Origin: Eledone cirrhosa
Taxonomy: Eukaryota
Direction of reading: 5' to 3'
Assembly: GCA_964016885.1 (NCBI GenBank)
Contig: OZ024744.1
Location: forward strand, 52,328,001-52,392,000
Length of the DNA: 64,000 nucleotides
The notes under the pieces were generated by a model. That model was not told the origin of the DNA. It did no database searches and was given only the letters and a program-made list of their open reading frames with translations. Positions 56,866 through 64,000 of the stretch are shown here, in pieces. Made by a program: the position numbers and the translations under genes. Position 1 is the stretch's first letter, and every line of letters begins with the position of its first letter.

Positions 56866-56970
56866 TATATATATAAGCGTTTCGCTTTGTTTTTGACCAC
56901 TGCCGAAATTCGATCTCGCTGAAATTATATTTATATATACATATAATATATACATATATATGTCTGTGTG

Positions 56971-57044
<74 letters not shown>

Positions 57045-57200
57045 ACTGTTTACATGCACTCAATATTATACTCTTACATGCTTACGCACATTTGCTGGTA
57101 AGTACACATACAATATATATTCCCAAACATACGTACACCTGAACATCGACGTTTATCTACGAAAAAGGATATTAGTTATGTACATATGAAGATACACACG

Positions 57201-57300
<100 letters not shown>

Positions 57301-57397
57301 TATATATATATGCATATATATATATACTTCATTATCTATATATATAGATACGTACATGTATATATATATATATATGCACACACACATATATATATAA

Positions 57398-57455
<58 letters not shown>

Positions 57456-57473
57456 ATATATATATATATATAC

Positions 57474-57507
<34 letters not shown>

Positions 57508-57527
57508 CTATATATATATATATATAC

Positions 57528-57627
<100 letters not shown>

Positions 57628-57731
57628 ATATATACATACATACACACACACATATATATATAAATATATATATATATACATATATATATATAAATCAATA
57701 TATATGTATATATATATATATACAAACATAC

Positions 57732-57813
<82 letters not shown>

Positions 57814-58260
57814 TCACACACACATACTTATGACCCCGTAATCTTCAGTCTGTCACCACAAACTCGTCCCATCATACACACTTTCAATTGTATACACAGT
57901 AATTATTTAATTATTTACACACCTTGATGTGTAAATACAAATCTAAGTGTGCATCTATATTTAATTGAAATAAACATCCCCCCCCCCCTCCATCCCTCAC
58001 ACGCCCCGCCATAGATTTACTTTCTCTCTTCAAATGTTCATCATAAGAAACTGTATCAGCTCTCCTTGGGTGGCAATAGTGGGGGTGGGCGGGGCTGTCT
58101 GGTGGGTTCTGCTTTCACATGTTCTCGCAATATTCTTCTTTACGTTTACACTAACGCACCCCGTTCACCCATCAGGCTATCCACCCGGCCACCCGGCCTC
58201 TCGGCCTACCTAACTCGACTTAACTCACCTCATTTCGTCCATATGCACTTGATAACCTCA

Positions 58261-58302
58261 TTTCTTCTTCTTCTTCTTCTTCTTCTTCTTCTTCTTCTTC
58301 TT

Positions 58303-58333
<31 letters not shown>

Positions 58334-58545
58334 ACTCTTTCAGCCGCGTATGTATGTATGTATGTATGTATGTATGTATGTATGTATGTATGTATGTATG
58401 TATGTATGTATGTATGTATGTATGTATGTATGTATGTATGCATGTATGTATGTATGTATGTATGTATGTATGTATGTATGTATGTATGTATGTATGCATG
58501 CATGCATGTATGCATGTATGCATGTATGTATATATGTATGTATGT
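58261..58545. repeat. (TTC)n followed by (ATGT)n microsatellites
   Basis: Direct reading. Confidence 0.95.
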
Positions 58546-58648
58546 GTGCACTCAAACACACACAAAAACATATATATGTGTATATATATATAAATAATAA
58601 ATTATATGTTGTGTAGATGTGTGTGAATGTATACCTGTATATATATAT

Positions 58649-58739
<91 letters not shown>

Positions 58740-59006
58740 TATGTACGTGTGTGTGTATCTCCGTGTATGTATGAGTGTATGTTTACATGCATGTATCTAC
58801 GTATTTATATATATGTATATGTATGTTTCGTTCATGTTCTTATTTCATTAAGATTTTTGCGCTCTGAAAAACGAAGTAGGGGCGACAGGTGGAATGAGAC
58901 GAGTGCGGCGTGGGTGGGATGGCCGGGTAAGTGGTGTAAGGACGCACGGGTGGCGAGTAATTTGCTTTATTGTAGTGTTTAATAAATATCACAATGGAAA
59001 GTAGAA

Positions 59007-59043
<37 letters not shown>

Positions 59044-59055
59044 GTTATTTCTATT

Positions 59056-59102
<47 letters not shown>

Positions 59103-59105
<3 letters not shown>

Positions 59106-59200
59106 CTTCTTTATTGGCCACAAGGGCTGACATCAAGAAAAACATTACAGACGGCACAGGACGGTACAGGACGGTACGATGTGGGTGTTGTGCGTGTGTA
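59103..59200 (-). mobile_element. Tx1-like LINE extreme 3' end (subfamily 2)
   Basis: Nearly identical to 63033-63120; abuts (AAT)n. Confidence 0.8.
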
Positions 59201-59209
59201 ATAATAAAA

Positions 59210-59612
59210 GTAATAATAATAGACCTGACCTGGTGGTTTTGGACGAGGAAAAAAGATCGTGCCTGATTGTGGATGTGACCTGCCCATTCGACACGAGAGT
59301 GCAAAAAAAGGAGAGGGAGATAATTAACCGATACCAGGACTTAAAGTGGGAGTTAAAAAGGATTTGGAACTGCCATGAAGTCAAAGTGTTCCCAATTGTC
59401 ATAGGCGCACTATGTACTATCTCAAAGAGTTTCCAAGGATGGTTAAAGAAAATTGGTCCCGCCCCGCTTTTTGGAACACTTCAAAAGGCATGCTTGCTGG
59501 GAACAGCAAGAACCCTCCGATACGTCCTGAATATCTGAGGCTGCAGGTAGCAGCTTGATATTCATTTCAACAAACTTTCCAGTTAACTAACATCAATGAC
59601 TGAGACTCAAAG
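59210..59612 (+). mobile_element. R4/Dong-clade non-LTR retrotransposon 3' end (restriction-like endonuclease) with (TAA)n tail
   Basis: NRPDLVVLDEEKRSCLIVDVTCPFD...KEREIINRYQDLKWELKRIW...PIVIGAL...LQKACLLGTARTLRYVL. Confidence 0.88.
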
Positions 59613-59649
59613 AATAATATTAATAATAATAATAATAATAATAATAAAA

Positions 59650-62600
59650 ATGCTGTCTTTATTAACCACAAGGGTTTACATAAATAAGACATTAAGGACA
59701 GTACAGGACAATACAGGACGGTACAAATGGGCATTTGTGCGTGTAAAAAAAACAGAGGATCTAATAAAAATAACAATGAAAAATTCCAAATAGGGGGGAG
59801 ACTTCCGAGGGACATTTGTGGAGGAAGCCCATTAACAGGCCACAGTGATCCTGACCACCAGGGCAAGTGCCCTCTCCCAGTTTTCCACCTTTAATTTACA
59901 GACACATACATGGGCCATACTTGATTCTCTCACCCATCTTTCAATAAAATGCTGGGAAGAGAGGACTTCCCTCTCTACCCTGATTTTCCTTTTCAAATGA
60001 AATTTGAAAAAGTCAATCAGGGCATCACCGAAGAGATAAGTGCTCGTCTTCAGCCCTTTCAAACGTGTCCACCATACTATCTCTTTCGCCATGGCCACCA
60101 GAGATATAAAAACTACCTGCCCTTCCAGGCTAAAGGAAGAGGGCGGGGCAACCCTCACGATGGACTCAGCTGATAGCCGGATCCGTCATACACGCGACAG
60201 CAAGTGTTCGAAATAAACCCACAAGTCAGCAATTCTCGGACACTGGACGAGTGCGTGCAGGACGGTTTCGTCGCCCTGCACGCATCTCGGACATGCCTGG
60301 CTGACGGCACATCCATGCCTGTAGAGTTTATCCCGAACTGGCAAGGCTCCTCGGGTGCACTGCCAGGCCAGGGATTTCTGGAAGTTGTTCATAGGCCCCG
60401 GCCCGAAAGTTCTTCCGAAGAGATTGGCTAGTTGATTTTCGTCGAGGCCTAGAGTTTTCCCAAGTACGTCGTCGCTCTTCCCCTCCACTAATCCTCTATA
60501 GAACGCCGAGGTGGAGTTTCCACCGATCACATTGCCCGATTGGTCGAGGGCTGTGAGCGTCTGAAGACATTCCAGTCTCCAAGCGCTCACCCTCGGTCTT
60601 CGCTTGACATAGGAGTGCAGCTCCGTCAAGGAGACGAGCTGGGGATAGACGCGTCTTGCAAACACGGCGACAACACCTGATCACCGTCGAGGAAGAGGTG
60701 GAGATGTCGTAGCCTGAGCGCGTGCCTGCGCATCATCAGCCACGGCATGCCGAGCCCTCCACGTAGCGGGTGTTGACAACAGATGGACCGCCAGACCATC
60801 GGAGCGCGTCCCTTCCACAAAAAGCGAAAGAGCAAACGCTCCAGCGCAGTCAGGCGAGGCTTAGGACAAGGTACGACGGTCAGACGGTAGCAGATGACGG
60901 ACGCGATGTACGCGTTAGCCACCTCCGCTCGACCTTTCAGGGATAGCTTCCTCTCCGCCCATTTCTGGGTGAGAGAAGCCACCCTGCTCGTCACCTCGTC
61001 CCAGTTTTTGTCCGTCTGGAGGTCCGGACCGGACCAAAACCCGAGAAATTTAACCGGTCCGTCCATCCAGCGCCCGACGACGCTGTTGGACGGCATGGAC
61101 CTGCCTCTCCAGGTGCCGAGCTGAAAGGCCCACTGACTTTTCCTGGCTGATCATTGCTCCTGTTACCGCTTCGTATTCTCTTAGTGTAGTGCCGATCGCC
61201 TCGATGTGTTTGGCGTTCGACACCACTACGGTGACATCGTCCGCATATGCTGACACGGATCTTCCGCATCCTAGTTCGCGCGGGACCCTCCTCAACGTCT
61301 CTAAATTGATCAAGGACCCACCCGTGCCAGATTCCCTAGCTACCCTCTCTACGATATATCGCATGAGGTGGAGGTTGTCTTTGATGGATCTGTCGGGAAT
61401 GGTGCATATCTGCGCCTCTCCCACTAGACCACAAACGACAAGCGCCAACCTCTTTGCTAGCTCCTTGGCCAAAATCTTGAACTCTGTGTTTAGCTGAGTT
61501 ATAGGCCTGACATTATCTATGTTATCCCCCTTGTTCGGATCCTTTCTCAGCAGTGCCACCGCTCCTCGGCTCACAGAGCTGGGAATTCTCCCGTTCTGTT
61601 GCAAGTTGCAGTAGACGTACGCCAAGAGGCCTCCAAACAAGTTTGGCATCTGTACGTAAAGTTCATAGGGCAGACCATCCAAACCATGCGATTTACCCCT
61701 TGTGCAGCCAGTCATTGCCTCCAGTATTTCAGCGGCTGTTATCGGCTTTTCGCAACACTCCGCCTCAGTGGCCGAGAGCCACGGCAGTCCGTCGGGGTAG
61801 ACACTAAAGTCCATTCCTCGACCCGGCCCACCGCTGCCCTCGTACATTTGAGTGAAGTGTCGCTGAAAAGCTTCACACATTTTCCCGGGATCGAGTAGCA
61901 TGCGCCCGTCGTGGTCCACCAAAGACCGGATCGTGGCTTTGTTGCCACGACGCGCCTCCGCCACTCGGGCCCATTGAACGGCTTTCGTCGCCTCGTGTCT
62001 GAGAGCACGCACCCTAGATCTGACAACGCAGCATTCGTGCTTTGCATTGAAGAATTGTTCAAGGGCCAATTTCGCCGCAAGTACGTCGGTCGCGATGCCT
62101 TTGCTAAGCGCCTCGTCTAATTTTCTAACTAGTTCTCCCTCTGCGCTATTTTTCTCTATTGCTAAAGCCTTACTTATCCTAATGGACTCTATTCTAATCC
62201 CTCTTTTTAAAGCAAACCACCACTTGTTGACGATGGCCTCCGTTAACGCCACTTAACTAGTTCGCTAATCCGGTCTCTGTAGGCCTTGCGCGCTGGTAAG
62301 GACGCGTTTAGCTTCCAGTAGCCGGGTCCTCGTCTATGAAGCCTATCTAAGTCAAGCATACAGGTCACGAATTTGTGGTCCGTGTAGCTGACTATCTTGA
62401 ATTGTGGACAGCCTATGCTAGACCTATCTATTTCCCTACAAAATACTCTATCTAGATATGATCTGGATGACCCTATGCGGTTTGTCCAAGTCCACATTGG
62501 CACATTCGGGAAATCCAATCGGTACCTGTCAGACAGTTCAAAACGCCTGAGCAAGTTGGTGAGGCTCTTGCACCCTCCTCCCCTATCCGCTAATCGCACA

Positions 62601-62860
62601 CAGTCCCAGTGTGCATCTAAGATCCCGTTCCAGTCGCCCACTAACACTAAATAGCGGGACGTTCCAAGAAAGGTCTCCAGACGCCGGAAGAAATCAGGCC
62701 GCCCTGCTCCTTTCGGGGCATAACGGCCACTAGCCTGAAAGCTTTCCCGTCTCTGCTGGTCACGTCCAGCACCACCAACTCACCTTCTGGGTCCAGGAAG
62801 ATGGCCCGTATGGCGAGACCCAAACCTCTCTGAAAAAGCACATCAACTCCACCCCCCAAT
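59650..62860 (-). mobile_element. 5'-truncated Tx1-like LINE, same family as 13992-19656
   Basis: High identity to the 14-17 kb copy; APE, RT (internal deletion) and CPRC...HALVQC; 3' end in (AAT)n. Confidence 0.92.
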
Positions 62861-63001
62861 CCGTGCCTGTAGAGTTTATCCCGAACCGGTAGTGCCCCCC
62901 GGTTGCACTGCCAAGCGACGGATTTTTGGAAATTGTCCATCGTCCCCGGATCGAAAGTCCTCCGGTACAGACTGGTCACTTCGACTTCGTCTCGACGAAT
63001 G

Positions 63002-63035
<34 letters not shown>

Positions 63036-64000
63036 TTTCTTTATTGGCCACAAGGGCAGACATCAAGAAAAACATTACAGACGGCACAGGACGGTACGAT
63101 GTGGGTTTTGTGCGTGTAAATATTTTTATTATTTATATAAGAAAGAAAAGAAAAAAAAAAGGACATAAAACATAGATATATAAACAATAAAAATGAAAAT
63201 TGAAACAATGAAAAATTCCCCAATAGGGGGAAACCTCCGAGGGTTACTCGTGGCGAAAACCACACAAAAGACCACGGCCACCCTGACCACCACGGCAAGC
63301 GCCCTCTCTCAATTTTTCCATCTCTCAATCTACAGGCCTATATTCAGAGTGGTCCCGTTCACTCGGACCATTCCGCTACATTCACCCACCTTTCAACAAA
63401 TTTGTTAGAAAGCAGCACTTGCCTCTCCACCCTGATTTTCCTCTTCAAGTGAAACTTGAAAAAGTTAATTAGGGATTCGCTGAAGAGGAAAGTGTCTGTC
63501 TTTAACCCTTTTAACCTTGTCCACCACACAATCTCTTTCGCCATGGCCACCAGGCAGATGAAATCCGCCTGCCCTTTCTCCTCGAAGGAAGACGGCGAGA
63601 CCAACAGCACAATGGACTCAGTCGACAACCGGATGAGTCCCACACGCGACAGCAACTGTTCGACCTAGCACCACAAGTCAGCAATGCTCGGGCACTGAAC
63701 GAGTGCGTGCACAACGGTTTCGTCGCTCTGCGCGCATCTCGGACAGGCTCGGCTGACGGCACTTCCGTGCCTGTAGAGCTTATCTCGAACCGGCTGCGCT
63801 CCCCGGTAGCACTGCCAGGCCAGGGATTTTTGGAGACATCCCAGTTTCCAAACGCTATCCCTCGGTCTTTTTCTGACCCGGGACTGCAGCTCCGTCAAGG
63901 AGACGAGCTGTGGGAAAACGTGCCTGGCGAACGGCGACCACACCCGTTCACCATCAAGGAAGCACCAGAGATGTCGCAGCCTCAGCGCATGTTTGCGCAT
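62861..64000 (-). mobile_element. Tx1-like LINE subfamily 2: small fragment (62861-63000) and 3' end (63033 to beyond the window)
   Basis: LAWQCYRGAQPVRDKL...CPRC...HALVQC, AKEIVWWTR; 3' end in (AAT)n. Confidence 0.88.

Overview
Eukaryotic, AT-rich, repeat-saturated DNA with no host gene that I can support. The dense (TA)n/(CA)n/(AAT)n/(ATGT)n microsatellites, the SINE families and the retroelement mix suggest a coleoid cephalopod such as Octopus (inference). Nearly all ORF-track hits are microsatellite artefacts. The real coding remnants all come from retroelements: a near full-length but degenerate Tx1/L1-like LINE (13.99-19.66 kb) plus stacked truncated copies (59-64 kb), R4/Dong-like and CRE-like RLE fragments, RTE/RTEX and CR1-like fragments, and many Penelope-like element (PLE) RT and GIY-YIG remnants. 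The main signal is non-coding. About 20 minimal type-I hammerhead ribozyme (HHR) motifs (CTGANGA-stem II-GAAA-palindromic stem III-NUH), from at least 10 sequence families, sit in short PLE termini that are often folded back into palindromes or inverted repeats and embedded in (TA)n. They include an apparent compensatory U3-A8 core variant, stem-II swaps between relatives, and a fixed-length ~170-bp HHR element present three times. Retroelement classes also seem to partition microsatellite types: PLE in (TA)n, Tx1 and Dong in (AAT)n, RTE derivatives in (ATGT)n. All calls were made by eye and coordinates are approximate to a few bases.
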